From: Octopus sinensis
Taxonomy: Eukaryota
Assembly: GCF_006345805.1 (NCBI RefSeq)
Contig: NC_043024.1
Coordinates: 19,096,001-19,160,000 of the forward strand
Direction of reading: 5' to 3'
Length of the DNA: 64,000 bases
Program-made: the position numbers and the translations under genes
In this document: positions 45,971-59,444 of the stretch, piece after piece
How the letters are laid out: every line of letters starts with the position of its first letter
Numbering within the stretch: position 1 is the stretch's first letter
The notes under the pieces: model-generated
Told to the model about the DNA's origin: nothing
Databases searched by the model: none
Seen by the model: only the letters and a program-made list of their open reading frames with translations

Positions 45971-48900
45971 TGTGTACAGTGCTCAGGTGCACGACAACTC
46001 ATCTAAAGTGTAATATAATCAGGTGTAGTTTCGGCGGATTTCGGAAAGCATGAGGGCCTTAAATGCAGTGTCATGGCAGTCAACAACTGACGCAGGCAGT
46101 TTATTCCATGCTTCAGCAACTCTGAGCGTGAAAAAATGTTTCCGAAAGTCATGAGAGCTGTATTGTTTCGACTTTGTAGGCATGTCCACGTGTGTTAGAC
46201 ACATGGAGATCAAAAAGGTGTTCAGTGTTGTTGTTGGTGAGGTGGTTGATAACTTTGTGGGTGTTTACCAAGTCCGTCGCCAGACGCCGGAGCTTCAGTG
46301 AATCCATGCCCAGGGAAACAAGGCGCTCAGAATATGGTAGGTGTCTGATGGAGGGTATGCGTTTGGTTGCACGTCTCTGGACAGATTCCAGGAGGTCAAT
46401 GTTCTGTGCAAGATAGGGGTTCCAAACTGATGATGCAAATTCCAAGTGTGGTCGTACCATAGCTGTATACAGTTTTAAATAGATGGCTGGAGAGCGGCTA
46501 ACAAAAGACCTGCTGAGTGATGCCAAGACACCCTCGGCCTTCCTGACAATCTTAGAGATATGCTTTGTCCAACGCAAATCACTGCTGACAGTGATGCCTA
46601 GGTCACGCTCACAAGAGGATTTCTTGATATCAGTGTTGTGGAGGGAGTATGTGAACGCAGGGTTTTTTCTCCCAAAATGCATGGTGGTACACTTGTCCAC
46701 AGCCAGTTTCAGTTGCCAGTCTGTGATCCATTGCTGCATTGTGTCTAGGTCTGATTGCAGGAAAGAGTTGTAGACATCAGGATCTGTCCTCTTGTTTCAA
46801 GGTACAGCTTGATGTCGTCTGCATATTTCAATACTGTGGCATTCTTTAAATTGGCATCTATGTCGTTAATGTATGCCACAAACAAGAGGGGACCAAGGAC
46901 AGATCCCTGTGGTACAACCCGATGACATCTCATATGGTGTAGAGTGCTGTCCTAGAAATGTGACAACCTCCTTTCGGCTGACGAGAAGGATTTCAACCAG
47001 TTAAAAAGGTCATCCCCCACACCCATTGCAGAGAGTTTCACCATAAGCCTTTTGTGTGGCACAGAGTTGAAAGCCTTAGCAAAGTCAAGGTAGACAACAT
47101 CCATCCACCCATGAGCACGTCAATAATCTGAGTAATGTCCTCAGGAACTCGACAAGCTGGTCACTGCAGCTGGAGTTAGGGACAATCCATATTGTGAGGG
47201 TCGGATGAGACTGTGAGAGCTCCAGAAGTTCCAGAGTGTTTCTCTGACACCCGATTCCATCAGTTTTGCAATACAGCTAGTGAGACTGACTGGGCGATAG
47301 TTGACAGGTGATGTGCGGTCGCCCTTTTGACACAGAGAATGACACTGGCAGTTTTCCACTGCTCCGGAGTAGCACCATTGTTGAGACAGTACTGGAAGAA
47401 AATAGATAACTGGTGTAAAAGGAAGTGCCTGCCACGTTTGAGAAGCAGGTATGTAACTCCATCGAGACCAGGGGAGGCATAGTTGCGCTTTTTTTTGAAG
47501 GTGACGTCGCAGCATTGCAGGTGTAAATTCCATAGTTGTTATGGAGTTTGCTGTTAGTGATGGTGAAGATGGACATCTTGACTTTCAACAGTGAATATGT
47601 TTGCATAGCACTCGGCAATGAGTTCTGCGCATTCCTTGGGGTCGTCAGTGATCTGGTTTGTGTGAGGTTGCAAAGAGGGCCCACTGGAGAGTGAGGTCTC
47701 TGCTTTGAGTGCACATATTTCCAGAAAACCTTACTGTCAGGATTGGCTGCTATGCACTGTTCAAATTCAAGCACTGCTTTTTTTTGTTACTTGCTTGAGA
47801 TGATTGGAGGATTTATTCCGCTTCTTCTGTTGGTGTCTGATTTATGCAACCTGTATTCCTGTTCAGCATCCGACGTTCCCTCCTGGCAAGTCGGACCGCT
47901 GAAGTTTCCCAATTGCCCTTTTGGGGCGGTTCTTTCTCTTTTTTTGTTTACGTGGCACTGATGCTGCACATGCTGCCCATATTGAGTCCAGGATACTCTG
48001 GAGTATAGTATTCACATCTCCAGAGTTGTAGAATTCACGCCAGTTTGGGTGCTGTAGTTCAGTGTGGTACAGGTTCCATCTGCTCTCTTCCAATCGAAGG
48101 AAGCAGATTGGAGATGGTTCAGGTTTTTGTTGCCCGCAAGAGCCAGATTGGCGATGATCATAGCATGATCAGAGTCACCTAGAGGTTCCTCCGTAGTGCA
48201 ATTGATAACCGCTTCAGGAGTTGTGGTGAAGAGCAGGTCCAAGGTGTTGTCCCTCTGTTGGAGAGGTGACTACTTGTGACCAGTTTGAGTCCAGCACAAG
48301 CTCAACAAAATCGTTTGCACTCTGTGGCCAATGGAAGGTCTCCCAATCAATCTCAGGATGATTGAAATCGCCTGCAATAAACACATAAGTGGCTGTTTTC
48401 CTGGCAGCAGCTCGGAGGACATTGCAAAGCTGTGTGTCCCGATGGTAACTTGGGGGACGATAAACAACGCCAAGCAGGAGTGTTGACATGGTCATACGCA
48501 CGTCACAGAAAAAAACTTCTTCTGTGATTCGTTCAAATCGGCACAAGGAATTACCAAAAAATTTGAACGAACGTAGACCATCACACACCACCACGGCGGT
48601 TAGTGCGGTCCTTACGGAAGAGGTTGTACCCCGTAATGTTGAAAACCCCATCACAGAGTAAGGAATGCGCCCATGTTTCCGTGACAGTGATGAAGTCAGG
48701 GTCAACACTTCTGACGTAGGCGTTGAACAAATGTATTTTGTTGCATAAACTGCGAGCATTTAAGGACAACAATTTGTACCCTGCTCGCAGTTTATGATGG
48801 TGTGTAGAGGATGGCAGGTTGTTCTGGCTTAGTTTCCCTGAGTTGCTGTAGTCTTTTAGTTATTGTGGGTAGAGAGCACTCAGACCAGCTGGTATCTCTC

Positions 48901-49530
48901 TTCCACGTTTCAGCAGTCTTGACAAATCTCCAGATTTGTCCATCTTCCCGAAGACTGAAGCTTTCCTGTAGAGCTGAGTTCCTATTCAGGGAAGCCACTA
49001 CACGTAGCTTCGGACGTACATCGGACGGTAAGCCTGGGCGTGTTCGGAAGGTGGTCCGATTTTCACGTCCAGCTTTAACTGAGGCCAGATGGTAAGAGGT
49101 TTGCCTCAGTGTGGTCCGTAAAAGACAACTTGATGAGCCTAGGTTTTGGGCCAGGTCGTCCAAGGCGGATAGCCCCGTTGGGGGAACGCAGCTAGGTCTT
49201 TGGCTGAGTTGGCAGCAAAAGCCTGAAGATCAGCCATGTCTCTGGCACCCCATGGCAATGACTTCATGGGTGGCAGAATCCGCGGCCTTAAATGCGACAA
49301 GAGGTACAGGTACAGGGAGGTTCTTTAGCAGAGCATTCCGATAAGACCCCTCATTGTGGAGTCCAACCTGAATGGTTGCTTTTATCCTGCTACTACTTTC
49401 CCTTTTTAAAGCACAGATCGATTGTTGCAGTTCTGCAAGAACCGCACTGGTCAATTGGTGTTGTTGTTGTTGCTGATGTTGCTCTAGTTGTGGTTGATTT
49501 TGTTGTTGCTGTTGTTGTTGTTGATGTTGT
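45939..49530 (-). mobile_element. Near full-length CR1-clade LINE (decayed), (ATT)n tail
   Basis: ORF1 relic (LGRPGPKPRLIKLSF) at 48790-49470; ORF2 APE plus RT; 3' UTR cacctgagcactgtacacaattattatt. Confidence 0.92.
46019..48790 (-). pseudogene. CR1 ORF2 (AP endonuclease plus reverse transcriptase), frameshifted
   Basis: SLNARSL..K, VTETW, VYRPP, GDFNHPEIDW, LDLLFT, LGDSDH; NYRPVSLTSCIAKLMES; YLDFAKAF; PQGSVLGPLLFVAYINDI; YADDIKL; VRPHLEFASSVWNPY...LESVQRRATK. Confidence 0.95.
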
Positions 49531-49654
49531 TGGCCAATACTAATTGATCTTTAAAGCCTTGTACTTATTTTATCAGATTCTTTTGCCGAACTGTTAAGCT
49601 TCATTAACAAACCATCACTAGTTGCCAAATAAATATATGAATACATAAATGTAC

Positions 49655-50285
49655 TTGCAAGGCTGTGAGCCACTCTTCGGCTATCTATCTGCGGCTTTAT
49701 ATAGCTATGGTAAGACCTCACCTGTCTGGAACCCCTATCTTGCCTAGGATATTAAACGTCTGGAAGCCGTTCAGCGACATGCAACCAAGAGAATACTCTC
49801 CATCAGGCATTTGCCATATTCTGAATGCCTTACTTCCCTGGGCATGGATACATTGAAACTCCGACGTCTGGCAGCTGACTTGGCAGACACCCATAAAATT
49901 ATTAACCATCTTACAAACAATAACTCTGAGCACCCTTTCAAACTCCACCTGTCTAACACCCATGGACATATTTTCAAAGTCAGAAAACAGCACAGGTCCC
50001 ATGACTTCGGAAACATTTTTCACGCTGAGAGTTGCTGAAGCATGGAACAAACTGCCGGCATCAGTTGTTAGTTGTCGGAGCACTGCATCCTTCAAAACTT
50101 CCATGCTTCCTGAGATTCGCCAACATTACACCTGATTTTCTCCCCTCCATACACACGCAAGCATGTATCTGACTCATACACTGTTCACTTCCCAGACATT
50201 TGTACATTACTGCATATGCTTTATACGCACTTTTGACAAGTTGTGGGGCACCTGAGCACTGTATACAATAATCTCATTATTATTT
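49655..50285 (+). mobile_element. CR1-clade LINE, 5'-truncated 3' fragment
   Basis: LYIAMVRPHL...YSECLTSLGMDTLKLRRLAADLADTHKII...AWNKLPASVV; same 3' UTR as 33140-33531. Confidence 0.88.
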
Positions 50286-50463
50286 TAAATCCAAATAGAT
50301 GAGGATGCTGGTATAAAATGATTCTAAGAAGAATCTTTAGCAGGAACAAAGTCTGACAGCTGGTTCAAGAAAATATAGGTTGGTATTGGCTTTATATTCC
50401 TGATGCTAATTAATTAAGCTGTATAAGGGGATAATTATCCTATTTATTTCTTCATTATATATG

Positions 50464-50489
<26 letters not shown>

Positions 50490-50497
<8 letters not shown>

Positions 50498-52018
50498 TAC
50501 TCTTTACTCTTTTACTCTTATACTTGTTTCAGTCATTTGACTGAGGCCTTGCTGGAGCACTGCCTATTAGTCAAGCAAATTGACCCCAGGACTTATTCTT
50601 TGGATGCCTAGTACTTATTCTATCGGTCTCTTTTTGCTGAACCGCTAAGTTTTGGGGGCGTAAACACACCAGCATTGGTTGTCAGGCGATGTTGGGGAGA
50701 CAAACACAGACACACAGACACACACATATATACATATATACGATGGGCTTCTTTCAGTTTCTGTCTACCAAATCCACTCACATGGCATTGGTTGGCCTGA
50801 GGCTACAGTAGAAGACCCTTGCCAAAGGTGCCATGCAGTGGGACTGAACCCAGAACCATGTGGTTTGTAAGGAAGGTACTTACCACACAGCCACTAAGCA
50901 CCCACTACACTCTCAGAGTGGTTTGCATTAGGAAGGACATCCAGCTGTAGAAACTCTGCCAGATCAGATTGGAGCCTGGTGCAGCCATCTGGTTCACCAG
51001 TCCTCAGTCAAATCGTCCAAACCATACTAGCATGGAAAGCGGACATTAAACGATGATGATGATGATGATATATGTATGTATGTATATACATACTTATACG
51101 TTTTATATAAATTTTTAATGCTAAGACAATGCAAGCTAAACTACTGTAATATATACATACAAACACGCGCGCACGCACACACACCCCTATTAAGGGACAT
51201 ATGTATGTATAATGCATATGTGCAAACATATCTGTGTTCATGTACTTTTGAGTAATGTTTTGAGTTTGTTTACATCTTTTATAGGCAGTATGTCTGGCAG
51301 CTAAAAACATTCATATGTAACAACACACTATTTTCCTAAAAACAAGTGCAGTTAGGCAACAGGAAGTGCATCTGGCCACAGAATACTGCATCATTAAGTC
51401 TTATTGATTCACCAAGGACAAGGAAAAAAAAACAGATGTTGGTGTTTTGCTTGTTGGATGTATTCACATCCAACAAAATGTCAGGACAACGTTTCCTATA
51501 TATATATATACATTGTATATATGTATGTTATTATGGTTGTAGTTTTGATAATTGAATAAGGCAACATTCTAATATCCTAAAGCTGATAAACCAACTAATG
51601 CGTTTCTCCATTTTCTTATTTGTAATATATATATATATATATATATGTATGCGTGTATGCTTGTATGTCTGTGTTTGTCCCCCAACATCGCTTGACAACC
51701 GATGCTGGTATGTTTATGTCCCCATCACTAAGCGGTTTGGCAAAAGAGACCCATAGGATAAGTACTGGGCTTACAAAGAATAAGTCCCGGGGTCGAGTTA
51801 CTCGATTAAAGGCGGTACTCCAGCATGGCCGCAGTCAAATGACTGAAACAAGTAAAAGAGTAAAAGAGATAGATATCATCATCATCATCATCATCGTTTA
51901 GCATCTGCTTTCCGTGCTAGCACGGGTTGGACGGTTCGACCGGGGTCTGGGAAGCCAGGAGGCTTCACCAGGCTCCAGTCTGATCTGGCAGTGTCTCTAC
52001 AGCTGGATGCCTTATGTG

Positions 52019-52063
<45 letters not shown>

Positions 52064-52283
52064 AAGTTTGTGTCTCTGTTTGTCCCCCCAACATCGCTTG
52101 ACAACCGATGGTGGTGTGTTTATGTCCCCGTAACTTAGCAGTTCGGCAAAAGACACTGATAGAATAAAGTACTAGGCTTACAAAGAATAAGTCCTGGGGT
52201 TGATTTGCTCGACTAAAGGCAGTGCTCCACAGTCAAGGCATGGCCACAGTCAAACGACTGAAACAAGTAAAAGAGTGAAAGAG
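50490..52283. mobile_element. Cluster of SINE B and family C copies
   Basis: B (-) 50490-50895; C (+) 50896-51065; B 3' halves 51660-51870 and 52065-52283; C (-) 51880-52010. Confidence 0.75.
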
Positions 52284-52715
52284 CTAACTTATATCTCAAT
52301 ATCACGGATCATGGCTTTGCTCCATTGAAGTAGAACGGACTGGAAGAGAGTGAGTGCAAGACAGACATATGTCGCAGTGAATAAAGATTTCTTTTCTTAT
52401 TTGTTGGCAGTGAATAAAAGATATTTTCTGATTGAAGCAGGTACTTGAATCTTCAAAAAGGAAATAAAAATTCTTGAAAATATTTTGATTAAAATATATT
52501 GAAATTTGAATTTCTAAAACTTTTGTTGATGGTAAAAGCTTTAATAATTGCTTACCTTTTGTAAAAGTAATTCAAAATAAATAATAAGCAGCCTTTTTTA
52601 GTCTATCTATCTATATCTGTATGTGTGTATATATGTATGTATGTATCTATGCAGGCATGCACACACACGCATACGCACATACCCACACATATATGAGGTA
52701 TTATAAAAAAAATGT

Positions 52716-53131
52716 GGCAAGCTGGCAGAATCGTTAGCACGCCGGGCGAAATGCTTAGTGGTATTTTGTCTGCCACTACGTTCTGAGTTCAAATTCCGCC
52801 GAGGTCGACTTTGCCTTTCATCCTTTCGGAGTCGATAAATTAAGTACCAGTTACGCACTGGGGTCAATGTAATCGACTTAATCTGTTTGTCTGTCCTTGT
52901 TTACCCCTCCTGTGTTTAGCCCCTTGTGGGTAGTAAAGAAATAAGTATTTCGTCTGCCGCTACGTTCTGAGTTCAAATTCCGCCGAGATGGACTTTGCCT
53001 TTCATCCTTTCAGGATCGATTAAATAAGTACCAGTTACACACTGGGTTCGATATAAATCGACTTAATCCGTTTGTCTGTCTTTGTTTGTCCCCTCTGTGT
53101 TTAGCCCCTTGTGGGTAGTAAAGAAATAGGT
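52716..53131 (+). mobile_element. SINE family A tandem dimer
   Basis: Head 52716; junction tagtaaagaaata|agtatttcgtc at ~52940; ends aaagaaataggta. Confidence 0.85.
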
Positions 53132-53879
53132 ACAGCTGCTTGGTTAGAAAGTCCCCTTCTCACCCATGGGGTTCAGACAAAATTTGTTGAAGTTGCTTTT
53201 CAAAGTCCAGATGCTCTTGCTGTCCCCAACCCTCATCTATTTCCAAGCAAGCTACTAATTTTCCATTACCAGATAGGTTTTTCATGGAACACTACAAATG
53301 AACAATCTTGCTTTGCTTTTATGACAGTGATGCTCATTTACAGCTAACACACTACTCACATCAGGAATTAAATGTAATATGTAGACTATGAGGTCTAGCC
53401 ACGAAGCCAATTCACTAACTGTTTGTATAATTAATGACTTGGAGGCACAGGGTAATTCGTTATGCAACCATAATATACTACAAAGTATATCAAACGTTTT
53501 TATAAGTCACCACCGTGTCCTACTGTGTTAGCAGTGCTCTTAAATCACGCGTTAATGTCATCTCTACATATTTTCTAGAAAGATTATTACCAGTACTGAC
53601 TTTGTTACGATGTTTTGTATCTGAGACACTAGATATAGACAGCAATGAGATCAAAAATAAAAAAAAATGGGTAATGGATGTATATGCCATATTCTGGGAG
53701 GTTTGCTCCTTCATCAGCACACATCCAACCCATTCACCATCCATGAACTCATTGCTTAAATGACCCTTAAAATACAGTGGTGCAACCTTATTGGATGCAC
53801 CAATTTTACACATTAAACATTCCTGGAAGCTGGTCCATAAGCATCAATGACTTGTTGGGACACGGTATTTCATTATGCA

Positions 53880-54125
53880 ACCATCTATCTATCTATCCAC
53901 TCAGTTGAAGTCGACTTTCGGTCACTCGTTGGATCAGTGTCCTCCAGTCAGTTCTATCCTGGGCCACTTCTTTCAGATTGGCTATGTCCATTCCGGTATC
54001 ACTCTTGATGGTGTCAAGCCAGCGGGTTCTTGGTCGGCCTCTTCCTCTCTTGCCACTGACCATTCCGAGCATGATGTCCTTCTCCAGGGATTTTCTCCGC
54101 ATAATATGACCGAAATATGCCATAA
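53880..54125 (-). pseudogene. RTE LINE 3' fragment of BovB-like type
   Basis: YFGHIMRRKSLEKDIMLGMVSGKRGRGRPRTRWLDTIK...LKEVAQDRTDWRTLIQRVTESRLQLSG*. Confidence 0.8.
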
Positions 54126-54287
54126 TATACTATAAAGAAAATAAAGGTTTTTATACATTAATACCACAATCTTGCCACCACAGCTACAAATAAATTCAAG
54201 GACATACATTTGATCCCTATAAGGCAACCATTCATGCAAGAAATTGCAGAACCATTTTCCTTGGACTACAAGTGACTACTCTCGTTA

Positions 54288-54697
54288 CTTTTTTACTTTT
54301 TTACTTGTTTCAGTCATTTGACTGCGGCCATACTGGAGCACCACCTTTAGTCCACTAAATCGACCGCAGTACTTATTCTTTGTAAGCCCAGTACTTATTC
54401 TATCAGTCTCTTTTGCCGAACCGCTAAGTGACAGGGACGCAAACACACCAGCATTGGTTGTCATGCAATGCTAGGGAGACAAACACAGACACACAAACAT
54501 ACACGCATACATATATATATATATACATATATACGATGGGCTTCTTTCAGTTTCCGTCTACCAAATTCACTCACACGGCTTTGGTCGGCCCGAGGCTATA
54601 GTAGAAGACACTTGCCCAAGATGCCACGCAGTGGTACTGAACCCGGAACCATGTGGTTGGTTAGCAAGCTACTTACCACACAGCCACTCCTGCGCCT
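54288..54697 (-). mobile_element. SINE family B, full length
   Basis: Reverse complement of the consensus. Confidence 0.9.
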
Positions 54698-55089
54698 ACT
54701 GACATCATAACCCATAACTCTCAGCCTGGCTGAGGAACTGAGCCTAAGATTGTTTGAATCTTTAACCAAACACCTTAACCACCAAGCTATAATCTTTCAA
54801 ACCATGGTCTTAATGAATAACTAACTCAATTGATCGAGTTCTTTAAATTCAATGGCATGGATTTTGATTTCTTCAGTTTTCTTTAAAAGAACAAATAAAT
54901 AGCCACATTGGAATCCTGCAACAGAAAATGGAATTCGTAAAAGAATTTTTCTGCTGCAGAAAAGAACTCAGCAAAAATATTTACTAAGAAGATCAAAAAA
55001 AAATCTTTGTTCTTCAGTTTGCAAATAATGGTTAGAGATCAATAATAAATAGTTGCGATTTTTGTTTGTGTAAATCTATCGCAATTGGA

Positions 55090-55186
55090 AAATGTAACAC
55101 ACATGTAATATGCACACACACACACACACATACATACACATACACACACACATACACACACACATACACACACACACACACACACA

Positions 55187-55256
<70 letters not shown>

Positions 55257-55760
55257 TACACACACATATATAAACACACACATATATAAACACACACACA
55301 TACACACACACATACATATACAAACACATGCACACACACACACACATACATACATACATACACAGATATGTACATATATTTATGCATATCATCATTGATA
55401 TCATTGTTGTCGTCGTCTTCAATGTTATCGTCATTCCTGTCCTCATCAATTTAATGTCCATAAATGATGATGATGTTGATTATCTTATTTGTATATGCGA
55501 GTGCATGCATATATTTGCATGTATGTATATACATATACATATATATATATGTGTATGTATATATATGTACACATACATACGTATACATGTGTGTGTTTGT
55601 GTATACATTAGTGTGCATAGATATGTTTGTGTGTACATATACAAATACATATATATTGAGAGATATGTATGTGTGCATATATGTATATATGTGTGTGTGT
55701 ATGTATGTATGTACATATGTATATGTATAAACATTTGTTGTGTGTGTATATATATATATA

Positions 55761-55791
<31 letters not shown>

Positions 55792-55892
55792 GCACATATA
55801 TCTATCTATATATATGCACATATATATTAATATATGCATATATGCTCATATATATTATATATGCATATATGCACATATGTATATTATATATA

Positions 55893-55950
<58 letters not shown>

Positions 55951-56131
55951 AAATACACAAGCACAGACACAGAGATATACACACAACACATACACATAGA
56001 CACACATGCACAATTCATTCTATATATCATTTTAATAGCAACTTGTCAAATACGGAAAACACTTCTTCATATTTATATACATATATATACAAGATAAGAA
56101 AATGGAGAAATATATAATATATAGATATATA

Positions 56132-56171
<40 letters not shown>

Positions 56172-56719
56172 TTTTTCTTATTATCATTATTATTATTATT
56201 ACTATTTGAAAATCGAGGAAGAAGAATTTATTGAGAATAATATATAATGGTGGTCTTTAAACAATTGACAAATAGTCACTTTTTACTATTACATTCGCTT
56301 ACATACACATACGGAGGCACAGTACTAAAAAACATATACCACGTCTGCTGAAATGGTAATGGTACCGAAGAAGAATATGGTGGAAATAATCATAATAAGG
56401 AGAAAAAGAAAAAGAAAGAGAAAAAGAAGAAATGCTATGTTTTATGAAAGTGATTTTTTTTGTGTTTTTCTTGGTTTTATTTTTGGTGTATTTTTCTTTC
56501 TCTTCTTATATATTCTGCGAATATATTTCTAAAGCAAAGAATTATACAAAGATACAAAGAACGGTCCGGAATATATTCTATGATATTTTCAGGATAATAC
56601 AAGAAAATGAGAATTGATTTCATATCTAGGAACTAACTAAAAGCCAACAAATTGCCTCTGCACCATATTGCACAGAGATATGTATACACAGTATTCATGA
56701 TTGCAGCAGAAAATATGTA

Positions 56720-56767
<48 letters not shown>

Positions 56768-57138
56768 GGTATGTATGTATGTATGTGTGTATATGTGTGT
56801 GTATGTATGTGTGTGTGTATGTATGTGTGTATGTATGTATATATATGTATAAATGCATATATGAGAATGTATATATGTATAAATGCATATATGATAATGT
56901 ACGTATGCATATATGTATGTGTGTGTATATATATGTATGTGTATACACACACACACATATATTTATATATATATGCATATATCTATATAACTATATGTAT
57001 GTATGTATATGCATGTATGTATATATGTATATATATGTATATATAATATATATATATATGTATATATGTATATTTATATGTATGTATATATATATGTGTG
57101 TATGTGTATAAATGCATATATAAGAATGTATGTATGCA

Positions 57139-57206
<68 letters not shown>

Positions 57207-57380
57207 TAATAAATAAAAAATATGCTTATATATAAATACATATATGTACGTACCTACCTCTACATGTATATAAACACGCATATATGAGTACAGGACACCA
57301 AAAAAACGTTGAACACAATATACACACACACATGTTTATATATATATGCATATATCGACATAACTATATATATATATATA
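55090..57380. repeat. Large (CA)n/(TA)n/(TACA)n microsatellite complex with a non-repeat island at ~56200-56720
   Basis: Direct reading. Confidence 0.9.
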
Positions 57381-58422
57381 TAGTGTTATCCGTGTACCAA
57401 AATTAATGTAAATTCATTGTGAAAGGCAAATTTACCGTGGTGTTTGTCTTCAGAGATAATATCTATGATGGACATGCTATGTTTAAAAACACAATATATA
57501 TATTGGAGGTAGATGACTATCAACCTAAGCTGATGAGAATGCTAAATGTATTTCTACCTTGCTGGATGTCATCAGGAGTAGGTACTCACACCGAACCACA
57601 AGCCAACATGAAATTTCAATTATCAATTAAACGGCCCCTGTGGATCGTAGTTCTGGTTGGTGATTGTGTCATCATAGTCATTGTGGTTTCCAGTGCCATG
57701 TAAATGGCATCTGTACTAGTGCTATGTAAAAGCACCCATTGCACTCCTGGAATGGTTGGTGTTTGGAAGGGCATCCAACCATAGAAACCATGCCAAATCA
57801 GACTGGAATCTGGTGTAGGTCTGTGGCTCAACAGCTCCAGTCAAACCGTCTAACCCATGGTGATGATGATGAAGATGATGGTATATGTATATACACACAC
57901 ATATGCATACACATATGCATAGATAGATATGCATTTATATATATATATATAGATAGATAGATAGATACACACACACATACATACATACACATCATCATTG
58001 AATGGTGCCCTTTTACATACCACCAGCACGGAGGCCAGTTAGCTGCTCTGGCAACGATCACGCTTGGATGGTGCTCTTAGCACCCTACTAGCACGGGCAC
58101 AAGTGCCAGTAAGGTGACACTGGTAATGATCACACTCGAATGGTGCCCTTTTATGTACGACTGACATGGAAGCCGGTTAGCTGCTGTATCAACAATCACG
58201 CTCGTATGGTGCTCTTTGCACCCCACTAGCATGGATAAAATAATCAATTAAGTAAACAGAAGATGGAATTGGTATAACTCTTGAGCTTGTACAACAATCG
58301 TTTCAACCCATCCTGCAACTGTCTTTTACAGGTGGGATGCTGTGCATCGTATTGTGTTGTCTCAATCTTGCTGACAGGATCACATCAGGTGCATTCATAC
58401 ATTAAGTGGTGTCTCACTAAAG

Positions 58423-58505
58423 ATCTTGAGTTAAAGCAGTCATGTTATTATTTGCCTGTTTCATTAAGTGGGCAAATAACAAACATGACTGCCTAAAATC
58501 AAGAT
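58423..58505. ncRNA. Candidate pri-miRNA hairpin (83 nt, ~34-bp stem)
   Basis: atcttgagttaaagcagtcatgttattatttgcc / ggcaaataacaaacatgactgcctaaaatcaagat; perfect 11-bp and 9-bp segments, 14-nt loop region. Confidence 0.5.
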
Positions 58506-58994
58506 GAAAATAAAAACATTTACCATCTATCTCCTGAATCATGGCTTTTGAATCTATATTAGCAAATCAAATAATTTGCTAAGCGAAGTCTTCATCAGCA
58601 GGTATGCTAAGATTAAACATATAAATACGAGGCAATCCAGTATGTGCCTCTTGCTTATACATTTTAATTTTTCCATTCCACCATGCAAGCGCAGTTTTTT
58701 TGTCAACAGCAAATAAAAAAATGCCAGCATTACTTCGAAAATTTGACAAAAATTATCAATAATTAATAATATCAGGGTAAAAATAAATTTTAGAAATTTT
58801 TACTACCAGTGGCCTGGCATGTAGAAAAATTAGTCAATAGACTATATATTATTCATATAAATACAGATGGTAAATGGTTTTATTTTTCATTCCTTTCGAA
58901 ATTTATCCCTAATAGTGGTTTAGATTTTGGCTATTCTTTCTAGTGTACCAGGTATCCTATGATGGTTGCCTATTATATGTTTAAATGTACACTT

Positions 58995-59232
58995 CATATA
59001 TATATATATATTTTATAAAATCCATTTTGTCTGTGTGTGTGTGTGTGTGTGTGTGTTGTGTGTGTGTGCCTTCTAGGATCTCGGGCATCCTCCATCCGAT
59101 TGCGCTCAAATTTGATATATAGATACCGACGGTATCAGGGCGTGTATAAGTCTTGAAAAAATTACAGAAATTGATTCCAGGTAAGAATGCAATCGATAAA
59201 GCCGTGGGAACGTGCATTTTTACGTGCAAGTA
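58995..59232 (+). mobile_element. Decayed Helitron-like short element
   Basis: (ta)n tataaaa..tgtctgtgtgt...catccgattgcgctcaaatttg...gccgtggg..gcaagt; termini degenerate. Confidence 0.4.
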
Positions 59233-59444
59233 CATCAGCTGTTGCGATTGATACTACGCGTATGCGAGAAAAAATCTATCTTTATTTCTTCTTTTGCTGG
59301 TGTTTCAAATTTAGGTTAAATCAGTGTTTCTCAAAGGGGAGGTCTATGGGACGGTCGGACAAGTTGTTTTGAGAAAATTTGGTTTAAATGTTTGACAACT
59401 CAGCACCGTCAATTGGACGGGGGGCATTTTGCTCGTATATGTAT

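Noticed and set aside
46149-46739. 196-aa RT C-terminal ORF as an active LINE or host gene
   Set aside because: It is part of a CR1 ORF2 broken by multiple frameshifts upstream
53150-53880. piggyBac transposase relic (YFKGHLS, FKQ, WMCAD in different frames)
   Set aside because: Motifs are short and need several frameshifts; no TIR or TTAA seen; needs a profile search
56345-56372. Hammerhead-like ctgctga..ggta-atgg-tacc-gaag
   Set aside because: Both core halves are mutated and there is no stem I or III
58524-58553. 30-nt minus-strand micro-exon (DSKAMIQEID)
   Set aside because: Weak polypyrimidine tract and moderate donor; no link to the other candidates
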